A DNA stretch of 64,000 bases from Zoogloea sp. (GCA_023150095.1 JAKLLO010000017.1:463-64462); one strand, 5' to 3'; counted from the first letter of the stretch, positions 1 to 10,151 are shown. Numbers and translations are program-made. The notes: generated by a model not told the origin, from the letters alone.

Positions 1-128
1 CCGAACATGATGATCGCGGTCCAGTTGGTGGCCTGCTTTTCGGCCTGGCCGAGGTCGGCACCGGCGGCCAGGGCGGCGCCGGAGGCCAGCACCGCGAGGA
101 GGCCAAGGATAAGTTTGGAAGTACGCAT
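1..128 (-). CDS. actP: Cation/acetate symporter ActP, N-terminus only (runs off window)
   Basis: Manual translation from ATG at 128: MRTSKLILGLLAVLASGAALAAGADLGQAEKQATNWTAIIMF; start overlaps the stop of the DUF485 gene, the usual yjcH-actP arrangement. Confidence 0.85.
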   Translation of the reverse strand, partial: MRTSKLILGLLAVLASGAALAAGADLGQAEKQATNWTAIIMF

Positions 129-436
129 CACTTGGTGGCCTCCTTGATGACCTGAGCCTTCAGATCGTCGAATTCGGTATTTGCACGACGGATGTAGATA
201 CCGGTGATGATGATGGTGAACAGGATCACGCCGACACCAATGGGAATCCCCAGCGAGGTGACGCCCGCGCCCGTCTTCTGGGCGAGGAACTCCTTGTTGA
301 AGGCCACCAGCAGGATGTAGCCGTAGTAAACAATCATCATCAACGCAGTCATGATCCAGCCGTATGAATTGCGTTTAGAGACCAGCTCCTGGTACTTCGG
401 ATTTGCCCGGATGCGGTCGCCGAGGTCGTCTCTCAT
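128..436 (-). CDS. yjcH: DUF485 family inner-membrane protein (YjcH-like)
   Basis: 102 aa, NPKYQELVSKR, two TM segments, YIRRANTEFD; directly upstream of actP. Confidence 0.9.
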   Translation of the reverse strand: MRDDLGDRIRANPKYQELVSKRNSYGWIMTALMMIVYYGYILLVAFNKEFLAQKTGAGVTSLGIPIGVGVILFTIIITGIYIRRANTEFDDLKAQVIKEATK

Positions 437-640
437 GTCTTTCTCCTCCTCTTCGAATTAACCTTGCTGGGCACCATGGGGCGCCCTAAGGGTGATCGCA
501 AGTTACCGGCGGAGCCTTACGGTGAACTTACGTTCGCTTACAGCTGAGAAATCGCCTTAACAAGGAGCAAGAAGCACACACGGAAAAAGAAAATCCCCGC
601 CAGGCGAAATTCGCAAGCGAGGAGGCGGAACGTGAACGAC

Positions 641-668
641 AAAAAGCCCGGCTCATGACCGGGCTTCT
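641..668 (-). terminator. Rho-independent terminator after cspA
   Basis: Minus strand AAGCCCGG-tcatgag-CCGGGCTT followed by a T-run. Confidence 0.7.
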
Positions 669-735
669 GGGATGCGTCCGGAACGGACTTGCCGTTCCGC
701 AGCCCGGCTCCCGCCGGGCTGGTATCGACCGGGAC

Positions 736-942
736 TTAGGCCACCGGAACGATGTTGGCGGCCTGCTGGCCCTTCGGGCCGGTGACCACGTCGAAGGTCA
801 CGCGCTGGCCTTCAGTCAGGGTCTTGAAACCCTTGGACTGGATGGCGGAGAAGTGAGCGAACAGATCGTCACCGCCGTTTTCCGGGGTGATGAAACCGAA
901 GCCCTTGGAATCGTTGAACCACTTCACGGTACCTGCTGCCAT
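736..942 (-). CDS. cspA: Cold-shock protein, CspA family
   Basis: [15 protein letters not shown] (RNP1) and DLFAHFSAI (RNP2) motifs, 68 aa. Confidence 0.95.
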   Translation of the reverse strand: MAAGTVKWFNDSKGFGFITPENGGDDLFAHFSAIQSKGFKTLTEGQRVTFDVVTGPKGQQAANIVPVA

Positions 943-1275
943 GATGAATATCCTTGAAAAAACGTTAAAACAGGGTTTTCCCCCTGGGAAGGGCGAAACT
1001 CAAGATGGCGGGGTGATGAAGGAAAGACTGCCGCAGGGCTGCGGGTACTGAACCAGACAACAACAACACTACTTGAAGATCGCGAGGTCGGACTGTGCAC
1101 TGTATCTGCCGCCAATGCAAACACTATTTTTGAAAACAGGCCCTGAAGCCCAAAAAATGTCGCAAACAAGGCTGCGACAATCGACCGCATCGCCTGCGGC
1201 GCCTTCAGCGCGAGGCCTGGCGCCCGCTTCGGCGATAATCCGCCGACGCGTTTTTCTCTCCCCAAGCACACCCCC

Positions 1276-2505
1276 ATGCCCTCACCCGCCAGCCCCACCG
1301 ATGCCCTGCGCCGCCTGATCAGCCTGCGCTGGCTATCCATCGGGACGATGCTGGGCGTGCTGCTCTTCGTGCCCTGGCTCCTCGACATTCCCCTCCCCGG
1401 CGCCGCCCTGCTGCCGGTGGCGGTCTCCCTGATCGCCATCAACGGGCTGTCGATGCTGCGGGCGGCCCGCATCAGCGCCATCCACCCGGCCGAGCTGTTC
1501 GCCCAGCTGTGCATCGAACTGGCCGCCTGGAGCGCCTTCCTGTACTTCACTGGCGGCGCCACCAATCCATTGATTTCGCTGCTATTGCCGCTGGTCGCAA
1601 TCGGCGCGGCGATCCTCCCGGGGCTGTGGGCCTGGCTGCTTGCGGTGCTCGCCGTGGTGGCTTATTCGGTGCTGTGGGATTTCAACGATCAGCTCGACAT
1701 CTACGATTCAGGCCTCGCCGTGCATTGGCATCTGGCCGGCATGTGGCTCACCTTCGCGCTCTCCGCCGGGGTGATCGTCTGGTACGTGGTGCGCATGACG
1801 GCCGCCATCCGCCAGCGCGACCAGGCGCTGGCCGAAGCCCGCGAGTCCAGCCTGCGCAGCGAGCGCATCGTCGCCCTGGGCAACCTCGCCGCCGGCGCCG
1901 CCCACGAACTCGGCACACCGCTGGGCACAATGGCCATCGTCGCCGGAGAACTCGCCCGCAATCCCAGCCTCGACGACGACACGCGGGCCGACGCCGAGAT
2001 CCTCCTGACCCAGATCGCCCACTGCAAGACGATCCTCGGCGGGCTCACGCTGCGCGCCGGCAGTCTCCGCGCGGAGGGTGGCTCGACCATGGCCGCCGAT
2101 GCGTGGCTTGCCGCCATCATCGAGCGCTGGCGCAGCCAGCGACCCCACGTGCCGCTGGCCACCCGCATCGACTGCGGCGATTCCGCCCCCACCCTGATCG
2201 CCGACGCGACCCTCGAGCAGGCCATCCACAACCTCATCAACAACGCCGCCGACGCCGATCCGGCGGGCATCGAATGCGAAGCCGGCATCGACGGTGCCGA
2301 GTTCGTCGTCCGGGTGCTCGACCGCGGCCCCGGCATGCCCGCCGACGAAACCGCGCCGCGCAGCCCTGGCCAGGGCCTGGGCATCGGCCTGCTGCTGGCC
2401 GGCAGCGCAGCCGAACGCTGCGGCGGCAACATCCGCTTTGCGCCCCGCCCTGGCGGGGGCACCATCGCCACCCTCAGCCTTCCCCTTGCCTCGATTCAGC
2501 CATGA
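1276..2505 (+). CDS. regB: RegB/PrrB/RoxS-type redox sensor histidine kinase
   Basis: Multi-TM N-terminus with GGATNPL quinone-site-like motif, H-box AAHELGTPL, redox Cys in QIAHCKTIL, G-boxes DRGPG/GLGIGL. Confidence 0.88.
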   Translation: MPSPASPTDALRRLISLRWLSIGTMLGVLLFVPWLLDIPLPGAALLPVAVSLIAINGLSMLRAARISAIHPAELFAQLCIELAAWSAFLYFTGGATNPLISLLLPLVAIGAAILPGLWAWLLAVLAVVAYSVLWDFNDQLDIYDSGLAVHWHLAGMWLTFALSAGVIVWYVVRMTAAIRQRDQALAEARESSLRSERIVALGNLAAGAAHELGTPLGTMAIVAGELARNPSLDDDTRADAEILLTQIAHCKTILGGLTLRAGSLRAEGGSTMAADAWLAAIIERWRSQRPHVPLATRIDCGDSAPTLIADATLEQAIHNLINNAADADPAGIECEAGIDGAEFVVRVLDRGPGMPADETAPRSPGQGLGIGLLLAGSAAERCGGNIRFAPRPGGGTIATLSLPLASIQP

Positions 2506-3044
2506 GCTCCCAGGACGCCCCCCACATCCTCGTCATCGACGATGACCCCGTCTTCAATCGCGTGCTCACCCGTGCCCTCGGCCAGCGTGGCTTCACGGTG
2601 TTCGGCGCCGCCGATCCCGAGAGCGCCCTCAGCCTCGCCCGCGAGCACGAGCCCGAATACGTGGTCCTCGACCTCAACATCGCCGGCAGCTCCGGCCTGC
2701 GCCTCATCGAGCCGCTGCTGGCCGTCAATCCGGATTGCCGCATCCTGGTGCTGACCGGCTACGCCAGCATCGCCACCACCGTCGACGCGATCAAGCTCGG
2801 CGCCACCCAGTACCTCGCCAAGCCGGCCGACGTGGATGCGATCCTGAAGGCGCTCTCGGCCAGCGAGGTGATCATCGACGACACGCCATCGGCGTCGCCG
2901 ATGTCGGTGGACCGGCTGGAATGGGAGCACATCCAGCGGATACTCGGCGAGAACGACGGCAACATCTCGGCCACGGCGCGTGCGCTTAAAATGCACCGAC
3001 GTACCCTGCAACGGAAACTGGCCAAACGGCCGGTCAAGGAATGA
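2502..3044 (+). CDS. regA: RegA/PrrA/RoxR response regulator
   Basis: ATG at 2502 (ATGA overlap with regB stop); REC domain, TGYASIAT, EWEHIQR...NISATARALKMHRRTLQRKLAKR HTH. Confidence 0.93.
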   Translation: MSSQDAPHILVIDDDPVFNRVLTRALGQRGFTVFGAADPESALSLAREHEPEYVVLDLNIAGSSGLRLIEPLLAVNPDCRILVLTGYASIATTVDAIKLGATQYLAKPADVDAILKALSASEVIIDDTPSASPMSVDRLEWEHIQRILGENDGNISATARALKMHRRTLQRKLAKRPVKE

Positions 3045-3442
3045 AAGACAGCCACGACACCACCGACCGCACCCGCCTCGACAAATGGCTGTGGGCGGCC
3101 CGCTTCTTCAAGCACCGCACCCTCGCCACCGACGCCGTCGAAGGCGGCAAGGTGCAGCTCAACGGCATCCGCGTCAAGCCTGCAAAAGACGTGAAGATCG
3201 GCGATCGGGTCGACATCCAACTCGCCGAAGCCCGGCTCACGGTAGTCGTCACCGGCATCGCCGAGAAGCGCGGCAGCGCCACCGTGGCCCAGACGCTCTA
3301 CACCGAAACCCCTGAAAGCATCGCCGCCCGCGAGACCGCGCGGGAAGAACGCAAGTTCGCCGCCACGCCCGGCGCGGATCTCCACGGCCGCCCCACCAAG
3401 CGCGACCGCCGACTGATCGGGCGCTTCAACAGCGGCGGCTGA
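3041..3442 (+). CDS. hslR: Ribosome-associated heat-shock protein Hsp15 (S4 domain)
   Basis: RLDKWLWAARFFK and GRPTKRDRR motifs. Confidence 0.92.
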   Translation: MKDSHDTTDRTRLDKWLWAARFFKHRTLATDAVEGGKVQLNGIRVKPAKDVKIGDRVDIQLAEARLTVVVTGIAEKRGSATVAQTLYTETPESIAARETAREERKFAATPGADLHGRPTKRDRRLIGRFNSGG

Positions 3443-3451
3443 GCCCCGCGC

Positions 3452-4324
3452 TTACAGCGCCAGAGCCAGCGCCAGCGGCAGGAAAGCCACCGCCAGCACA
3501 TTGCCGATCAGCACCATCGAGGCGACCTTCTCCGGCTCCTGGTGGTAGCGCTCGGCAAACATGTAGTTGAGCACCGCCGGCGGCAGTGCACCGAACACCA
3601 GCAGCAGCGCCCGCTCCCGCTCGGGCAGCGGCACCAGCCAGATCAGCACCACCGACAGCGCCATGCCGATGAGCGGCCGCGCCACCGCGCCGGTCACCCC
3701 GAGCTGAATCGCCGAGATCCGCGACTCGCTGATCCGCACCCCCAGCGCAAACAGCATCAGCGGAATCGAGATGTCACCGAGCATCTTGATCGCCAGCATC
3801 GCCGGCTGCCACACCTCGATGCCGGCGATGCCCACCGCCAGCCCGGCCAGGGTGGCCAGCACCGAGGGCACGCGCCACACGCTGGCGAGCCGCGCATGGT
3901 GATCGAGATACCAGGCACCAAAGGTGAAGTGGATGAGGTTCGACACCATGAACATCACCACCGCTGGCGCCAGCGCCTCCTCGCCGAAGGCCAGCACGGC
4001 CAGGGGCAGGCCGAGGTTGCCGCAGTTGTTGAACATCATCGGCGGCACGAAAGTGCGCGGCGCCACCCCGATCATCCTCGCCACGCCCCAGCCCAGCAGC
4101 CCCGAGCCCACCACGGCCACCGTGGTCGCCCCCAGCAGCGGCAGGAACTGCATGATGTGGAAGGATTTGTTGGCCAGGGCGCCAAACACCAGCGCCGGCA
4201 CGAACACATCCATGTTCAGCTTGTTGGCCTGGGACAGATCCGGCTTCGCGCGCCGGCCGACCAGAAAGCCCACCGCGGTGATGGCGAAGAGCGGAAACAG
4301 GATGGAGACGATGCGCAGGAGCAT
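3452..4324 (-). CDS. AEC family transporter
   Basis: 290 aa, about 10 TM, NCGNLGLPL motif. Confidence 0.85.
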   Translation of the reverse strand: MLLRIVSILFPLFAITAVGFLVGRRAKPDLSQANKLNMDVFVPALVFGALANKSFHIMQFLPLLGATTVAVVGSGLLGWGVARMIGVAPRTFVPPMMFNNCGNLGLPLAVLAFGEEALAPAVVMFMVSNLIHFTFGAWYLDHHARLASVWRVPSVLATLAGLAVGIAGIEVWQPAMLAIKMLGDISIPLMLFALGVRISESRISAIQLGVTGAVARPLIGMALSVVLIWLVPLPERERALLLVFGALPPAVLNYMFAERYHQEPEKVASMVLIGNVLAVAFLPLALALAL

Positions 4325-4413
4325 GGCGTTCGGGTGACGAGTTCTGGGGAGGAATCGGCGCCACTCTCCGGCGACGCTCGCCCGACGGTATACGCCATCC
4401 GACGCGTGAAATA

Positions 4414-4443
4414 AATGAGGGGCTACCCCGGTAGCCCCTCATT
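4414..4443 (-). terminator. Terminator hairpin downstream of hslU
   Basis: 14-bp inverted repeat AATGAGGGGCTACC / GGTAGCCCCTCATT, followed by TATTT on the minus strand. Confidence 0.7.
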
Positions 4444-4473
4444 CGATGGCGCCCGGACGAACCGGGTGCCGCC

Positions 4474-5811
4474 TTACAGCACGTAGCGCGCCAGATCTTC
4501 CCGCTGGGCCAGCACCTCGAGGCGGCCATCCACATAGGCGGCGTCGATGGTGACGGTCTGCTCGCCGGCCTTGCCAGCCTCGAAGGCCAGCTCTTCCAGC
4601 AGCTTTTCCATCACGGTGTAGAGACGACGCGCACCGATGTTCTCGGTCTTCTCGTTCACCTGGAAGGCGATCTCGGCCAGCCGGCGGATGCCGTCCGGCG
4701 CGAACTGCAGGGTCACGCCGTCGGTGGCGAGCAGCGCCTCGTACTGGCGCGTCAGGCAGGCGTCGGTCTGGGTGAGGATGCGCTCGAAATCCTCGACGGA
4801 GAGGGATTCCAGCTCCACGCGGATCGGGAAACGGCCCTGCAGCTCGGGGATCAGGTCGGACGGGCGTGACAGGTGGAAGGCGCCGCTGGCGATGAACAGG
4901 ATGTGATCGGTCTTGACCATCCCGTACTTGGTGCTGATCGTCGTGCCTTCGACGAGCGGCAGCAGGTCGCGCTGCACGCCCTGGCGCGATACGTCGGCGC
5001 CGTGGCTGTCGGAGCGGGTGGCGATCTTGTCGATCTCGTCGAGGAACACGATGCCGTTCTGCTCGACCATGCGCAGCGCCTCGAGCTTCAGCTCCTCGTC
5101 GTTCACCAGCTTGGCGGCTTCCTCGTCGGCCAGCAGCTTCATGGCTTCGCTGATCTTCAGCTTGCGGGATTTCTTCTTCCCGCCGCCCATGTTCTGGAAC
5201 ATGCTCTGGAGCTGGCCGGTGAGCTCTTCCATGCCCGGAGGCGCGAGGATCTCGGCGCTCATGCCGGGCACCGCCACCTCGATCTCGACTTCCTTGTCGT
5301 CCAGCTCGCCCTCGCGCAGCTTCTTGCGGAATTTCTGGCGGGTGGCGTTATCTTCCGCCGTGGCCGGCTCGGCGCCGAATCCCACCGTCGGCCGCGCCGG
5401 CGGCAGCAGGATGTCGAGCACGCGGTCTTCGGCAGCGTCCATCGCGCGGTCGCGGCACTTCTTCATGGCCTGCTCGCGGTGGCTCTTGATGGCGATTTCC
5501 ACCAGGTCGCGGATGATCGTATCCACGTCGCGGCCCACGTAGCCCACTTCGGTGAACTTGGTCGCCTCGATCTTGATGAAAGGCGCATTGGCGAGCCGCG
5601 CCAGACGGCGGGCGATCTCGGTCTTGCCGACGCCGGTCGGGCCGATCATCAGGATGTTCTTGGGGGTGATCTCGCTCTTCAGCGGCTCGGCCACCTGGGC
5701 ACGCCGCCAGCGGTTGCGCAGCGCCACGGCCACGGCCTTCTTGGCCTTGCCCTGGCCGACGATGTGCTTGTCGAGTTCGGAGACGATCTCCGGAGGCGTC
5801 ATCTGGGTCAT
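4474..5811 (-). CDS. hslU: ATP-dependent protease ATPase subunit HslU
   Basis: Start [10 protein letters not shown] at 5811; [12 protein letters not shown] pore loop, DEIDKI, C-terminal DLARYVL. Confidence 0.97.
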   Translation of the reverse strand: MTQMTPPEIVSELDKHIVGQGKAKKAVAVALRNRWRRAQVAEPLKSEITPKNILMIGPTGVGKTEIARRLARLANAPFIKIEATKFTEVGYVGRDVDTIIRDLVEIAIKSHREQAMKKCRDRAMDAAEDRVLDILLPPARPTVGFGAEPATAEDNATRQKFRKKLREGELDDKEVEIEVAVPGMSAEILAPPGMEELTGQLQSMFQNMGGGKKKSRKLKISEAMKLLADEEAAKLVNDEELKLEALRMVEQNGIVFLDEIDKIATRSDSHGADVSRQGVQRDLLPLVEGTTISTKYGMVKTDHILFIASGAFHLSRPSDLIPELQGRFPIRVELESLSVEDFERILTQTDACLTRQYEALLATDGVTLQFAPDGIRRLAEIAFQVNEKTENIGARRLYTVMEKLLEELAFEAGKAGEQTVTIDAAYVDGRLEVLAQREDLARYVL

Positions 5812-5881
5812 TTGGGCACCTTTGGCGCTACGCGCCTTCCCGCCAGGCGGGAGCATTCGCCCTTAAGGCGGCTTTGCGGAC

Positions 5882-6421
5882 TCATGGCTTCAGCACCTCG
5901 ATGGTGTGGCATTGGTTGGTGTAGATGCACAGGTCGCCGGCGATGGTGAGGGACTTCTTGATGACGTCCTCGGGGGCGAGCTCCGTGTTCTCGATGAGCG
6001 CGCGGGCGGCCGACTGCGCGTAGGCGCCGCCGGAGCCGATCGCCACGATGCCCTGCTCGGGCTCCAGCACGTCGCCGTTGCCGGTGATGATCAGGGAGTT
6101 GTCGAGATCGGCCACCGCCAGCATGGCTTCGAGCCGGCGCAAGGCGCGGTCGGTACGCCAGTCTTTGGCGAGCTCGACGGCGCTGCGCACGAGGTTGCCC
6201 TGGTGCTTCTCGAGCTTGGCCTCGAAACGCTCGAAGAGCGTGAAGGCATCGGCCGTGCCGCCGGCGAAGCCAGCCAGGATGCGATCCTGGTACAGCTTGC
6301 GCACCTTTCGGGCACTGGCCTTGATGACGATGTTGCCGAGGGTGACCTGGCCGTCGCCGCCGAGGGCCACGTGCCGGCCGCGCCGGACCGAGAGGATGGT
6401 GGTGCCGTGATATTGTTCCAT
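5882..6421 (-). CDS. hslV: ATP-dependent protease subunit HslV
   Basis: MEQYHG-TTI Ntn-hydrolase start, [11 protein letters not shown]. Confidence 0.97.
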   Translation of the reverse strand: MEQYHGTTILSVRRGRHVALGGDGQVTLGNIVIKASARKVRKLYQDRILAGFAGGTADAFTLFERFEAKLEKHQGNLVRSAVELAKDWRTDRALRRLEAMLAVADLDNSLIITGNGDVLEPEQGIVAIGSGGAYAQSAARALIENTELAPEDVIKKSLTIAGDLCIYTNQCHTIEVLKP

Positions 6422-6428
6422 CGCTGGG

Positions 6429-6456
6429 ATGTGGGGACGAAAAAATGGATTACAAG
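6429..6456 (-). promoter_or_regulatory. Sigma-32-type promoter of hslVU
   Basis: Minus strand CTTGTA-N14-CCCCACAT, close to the CTTGAA-N13-17-CCCCATNT consensus. Confidence 0.7.
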
Positions 6457-6572
6457 CCCACTCCGCCCATGACGAAAACCGCGTGATTTCGCGACGTCAC
6501 GACGTGCTGGAGTAGAGCAGCATCAGAAAAAAGAGGGTGCTGCGGGCGCGCTGCGTACCGCAGCCGGCAGGA

Positions 6573-7784
6573 TCAGCCGTGCAGCTCGATCCGGGCAACC
6601 TGGTGGAGGCCCATCACCTGCATGAGCGCCGCAACCATCGAATTGACGCCAGTGAGCACGATCAGCCGGCCCTGGTTGTGCAATTGGGAGACGATGTTGA
6701 ACAGGGTGCCGGCGGAAACGAAATCCATCCGCCGCAACCGGCTGCAATCCACCTCAACCATCGTCTTGTCGGCGGCAAAGCTCGTGATCTTGCGCAGCAC
6801 GTCGGTGTTGGGGCCGATGATCTCGCCTTCGAGCACATAGCTGCGGGCAACCGTGGCGAGGGGCTCGGCGCCGGTCTGGCTGGCGGTCACCGCGAGCGGC
6901 GGCTCCCAGGATGGCGGTGACTCTTCGAAGGTCATCGCATAATCGACCGCAAGCTCTTCGAAGCGATCCTGCTGGTCGGTGTATTGCAGCACCTCGAGCA
7001 GAAGCAGCCACAGGGGCTGGTTGGCACGCCGGCCGGAACTCACCAGGCCGTCCAGCAGGTTTACAAGGTGGATGGCGCCACCGAGCGCAAGCCGGACCTT
7101 CGCCCGGCGCAGGCCGCGCACCGCGCGCAGCAACAGCTCGGCACCCGCATCATCGACGCCGCTCAAGCGGGCGAGATCAATGCGCAGGGCGCCCGCCCGC
7201 ATGGCAATCTGGATAAGCTGGGCAAACTGCGCCGCAGCCTGGCCGCCAAGGTGGCCGGACAGGTTGATCGTCTGGACCTTGGGTTCAGCGCTCACCCGAT
7301 CTGCCTGGGACGACAGATCGTGCCAGGCCGGGGGCGACCGTTCGAACTCGGTGGCAAACCCGAGGCTGAGGGACTCGAAATGCTCCCGCTGGCCAGTGAG
7401 GCGCATCAGGTCGAGGAGCATCTGCCAGAGGTTGAAGCGGGCGTCGGTGTTGTAGGTGGTTTCCAGCGCGTGCTCGAGCACGCTGCGGGCTTCGTCGTCG
7501 CCACCGTGGGCAAACAGGATGGCCGCCTCTTCGGCGGGCGGGGCCATCTCATCGACGCCCTCTTCCACATGCACCTTGTCGGCACACTGGGCAAGAATTC
7601 GCTTGAGATCACCACCGGCGATGGTGAAGTCGAGGGTCGAACTGTCGTTGCGGACGTTGCCACCCCGTGGCAGTCCGCTCAATGACAACTGGGCGCCACC
7701 GGCGCTGGAACCACGCCGGGAACGGGGTGCAGTACTTCCGGCAGGTGCAGGCTTCTTGCCGAAAAAAGGTAGCACCACTCCCAT
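6573..7784 (-). CDS. Protein with tandem STAS (anti-anti-sigma-like) domains; start uncertain (7793/7784/7775)
   Basis: Repeated (A/E)TEFERSPPAW / AMTFEESPPSW units, each followed by a STAS-like segment (IDLARLSGVDDAGA; VDCSRLRRMDFVSAG). Confidence 0.7.
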   Translation of the reverse strand: MGVVLPFFGKKPAPAGSTAPRSRRGSSAGGAQLSLSGLPRGGNVRNDSSTLDFTIAGGDLKRILAQCADKVHVEEGVDEMAPPAEEAAILFAHGGDDEARSVLEHALETTYNTDARFNLWQMLLDLMRLTGQREHFESLSLGFATEFERSPPAWHDLSSQADRVSAEPKVQTINLSGHLGGQAAAQFAQLIQIAMRAGALRIDLARLSGVDDAGAELLLRAVRGLRRAKVRLALGGAIHLVNLLDGLVSSGRRANQPLWLLLLEVLQYTDQQDRFEELAVDYAMTFEESPPSWEPPLAVTASQTGAEPLATVARSYVLEGEIIGPNTDVLRKITSFAADKTMVEVDCSRLRRMDFVSAGTLFNIVSQLHNQGRLIVLTGVNSMVAALMQVMGLHQVARIELHG

Positions 7785-7848
7785 ACCCTCCAAGTTACTT
7801 TTTTACGAATGACTAGGATATCACTCTACAAAGCAGGGGCTCCGTGAT

Positions 7849-8640
7849 TTACATCCTGTCGAATTTCACGCTTGCCACCAAAACGAGCATCACGAACAAC
7901 ACCCCACATACTGGTCCGAATGGCTGGTCAAAACCCAGCGACACCGCAAACGCAACGCAGTAGCCCGCCATTCCGATGACAGACGAGAGCATCAGGCCAG
8001 ATCGCCAGCCCCGGCCAAAACGGCAGGCCAGGAGCGGCGGCACGAAGACCAGCGCAAAGGCCGCCATCACCCCCAGGCTGACCGTCGCCAGCGCCACCGC
8101 GAGGCTGGCCAGCAGGTCGAACAGCATCAGCCGCGGCCGCTCGCTGCGCCCCCGGGCCCGGTAGAACTCCGGAAAGAAGCGCGCCAGCAGCAGCGGTCGG
8201 GACAGCCAGGCCAGCAGCGGCACGATCGCCGCCACGGCCAGCGCCGCGGCCAGCAGATGGCCTTCGCCAGTGAAATATAGCTGACCATCGAAGAGCGCGT
8301 GACCGGCCTGCTCGGCCAGCGGATGATTGGCCACCAGCAGCACCCCCGCTCCCCAGGCGAGCAGCATCATCAACGCGTAGGCGCCGGCCCCCGCACGGGC
8401 GGCGAGGCCCTTCACCAGCGCAGCCACCACGGCCGCCAGCAGGCCGCCGCCGATCATCGACCAGTCGGTCACCATTGCCAGCAGCGCGCCAGCCGAAGCC
8501 ATCTGGGCAAAGGCCAGCGCCGCCAGCCATTCGTCCCGCAGGCGCAGGTACATGCCCACCAGCGGCAGCAGACCAGCCAGCAGCAGGCCGGTGAAGAAAG
8601 GCACCCGGAACAGCGGATCGAAGAGCAGATCGAAGCTCAT
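7849..8640 (-). CDS. Metal ABC transporter permease (ZnuB-like)
   Basis: Highly hydrophobic 263 aa, ALFDGQLYF; last gene of the SBP/ATPase operon. Confidence 0.8.
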   Translation of the reverse strand: MSFDLLFDPLFRVPFFTGLLLAGLLPLVGMYLRLRDEWLAALAFAQMASAGALLAMVTDWSMIGGGLLAAVVAALVKGLAARAGAGAYALMMLLAWGAGVLLVANHPLAEQAGHALFDGQLYFTGEGHLLAAALAVAAIVPLLAWLSRPLLLARFFPEFYRARGRSERPRLMLFDLLASLAVALATVSLGVMAAFALVFVPPLLACRFGRGWRSGLMLSSVIGMAGYCVAFAVSLGFDQPFGPVCGVLFVMLVLVASVKFDRM

Positions 8641-9215
8641 GCGGACGCCTCCTCACCCACGCTCACAACCCGGGAGCACACCCGACCGATGAAGCCGGCA
8701 TCATGGGAAACGATCACCATGCCGTGCGCCCCGTGGGCACGGCCCAGCCAGTCGGACAGGAAGGCCACGCCGGCCTTGTCCAGGTTGTTGGTGGGCTCGT
8801 CCAGCAGGATCAGGTCGGCTGGCGCAGCCAGGCAGGCCCACAGGCGCAGGAACTGCAGCTGCCCACCGGAGAGCCGATCGAGGCGCTCGTCGAGCCGGCC
8901 GGACAGCCACGTCGGCAGGCCGTCGGTGGCGGCGCCGGTGAGGCGCAGCAGCTCGCGCCCCGTCAGCGGAATGCCGCGCAGGTCATCAAAAACCTGGGCC
9001 TGATGGGAGATCGCCAGCCCCGGCGCCTTCTCCACCGTGCCGCCAAAAATCCGCACGCCGCCCCAAAGGGCCTTGAGCAGCGTGGACTTGCCGGCACCGT
9101 TGGGCCCCGCGAGACCCAGGATCTCGCCCCGGCTCAACTCGAAATCCAGCGGCCCGGCCACCGGCGCAGCATAGCCGGCCACCAGCCCGCTGACGCGGAT
9201 CAGGAATCCGTCCAT
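8637..9215 (-). CDS. Metal ABC transporter ATPase (ZnuC-like)
   Basis: GPNGAGKS, LSGGQ, ILLDEP and SHD motifs. Confidence 0.88.
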   Translation of the reverse strand: MDGFLIRVSGLVAGYAAPVAGPLDFELSRGEILGLAGPNGAGKSTLLKALWGGVRIFGGTVEKAPGLAISHQAQVFDDLRGIPLTGRELLRLTGAATDGLPTWLSGRLDERLDRLSGGQLQFLRLWACLAAPADLILLDEPTNNLDKAGVAFLSDWLGRAHGAHGMVIVSHDAGFIGRVCSRVVSVGEEASA

Positions 9216-9228
9216 GCCACGCCCCTCC

Positions 9229-10143
9229 TTACTTCGCCCCGGCGAGCAGGCGCCTGACGGTGTCGTCGAACAGCCCGAACAGGTCGGACGCCTCGCTCGA
9301 GCCGCCCACGGTGTAGGGCAGCACGACCACCGGGATCTTCGCCCGCTCGGCCATCCAGTCCGACGACGTGGGCCGGGCGTAGGCCGGGCGCAGGATCATC
9401 TTCGCCGGCGTGGCCTTCTGGCGCTCCAGCAGGCCGGCGAGCTGAGCGCTGCCCGCCTCGACGCCCGGCTTGGGCTCCAGCGCGCCAAGCTCCTTCAGGC
9501 CCAGCCATGCGGAAAGATATGGAAAGCCCTTGTGCTGGACCCACACCGGCACGCCCCGGAGCGGCGCGGCGGCCTGCTCCCAGCGCCCCATCGCCGCCTT
9601 CCAGCGCTCGGCAAAGCGCGCAAAGCCGGCCTTGTAGGCGGCAGCGTTCGGCGCATCCACCTGAGCCAGACGAGCCGTCAGCGCCTCGCCCACCGCCAGG
9701 ATGTTGCGCGGATCGAGCTGGATGTGCGGATTGCCAGCCGCATGGACGTCACCGTCGGCGCGGTCGAGCCGGGCCGGCACCTCCAGCAGACGTACCACCG
9801 AGCTCGCCTCGAAGTAGCCCGGCTGGCCCGGCTGGATCGCAGCGTTGCCCGACTCGCGGAGCACCAGCGGCAGCCAGCCGATTTCGAGGTCGGCACCCGT
9901 CGCCACCACCAGCTGGCTGCTGCGAGCACGGGCGATCAGCGAGGGCCGGGCCTCAATACGATGCGGATCCTGGAGGGCGGTGGTGGCGGCCAGCACATTG
10001 ACCTTGTCACCACCGATCTCCTTCGCCAGCGCGGCCCACTCGGGCACGGTGGCGAACACATTGACGGACGCCGCGGCCGGCAGGGCCGACAGCAGCATGC
10101 ACAGCAGCGCGACGACGCGCAGGATCAACTTGTCGATCATCAT
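9229..10143 (-). CDS. Metal ABC transporter substrate-binding protein (ZnuA/cluster A-I)
   Basis: Signal peptide after MMIDKL; QDPH, GDVHAAGNPH, QHKGF, LEPKPG ligand-like motifs. Confidence 0.88.
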   Translation of the reverse strand: MMIDKLILRVVALLCMLLSALPAAASVNVFATVPEWAALAKEIGGDKVNVLAATTALQDPHRIEARPSLIARARSSQLVVATGADLEIGWLPLVLRESGNAAIQPGQPGYFEASSVVRLLEVPARLDRADGDVHAAGNPHIQLDPRNILAVGEALTARLAQVDAPNAAAYKAGFARFAERWKAAMGRWEQAAAPLRGVPVWVQHKGFPYLSAWLGLKELGALEPKPGVEAGSAQLAGLLERQKATPAKMILRPAYARPTSSDWMAERAKIPVVVLPYTVGGSSEASDLFGLFDDTVRRLLAGAK

Positions 10144-10151
10144 CCGACTCC

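Noticed and set aside
943-1125. cspA long 5'UTR as a novel RNA element
   Set aside because: Long csp leaders are expected, and the promoter match (TTGCAT with a weak -10) is too poor to delimit it
1509-2501. ORF-track fusions with long N-terminal extensions (regA, queC, cfa, gpx, blc, DUF3833, DUF1365)
   Set aside because: Extensions are off-frame readings of upstream genes; true starts lie at ATGA overlaps or SD-preceded ATGs
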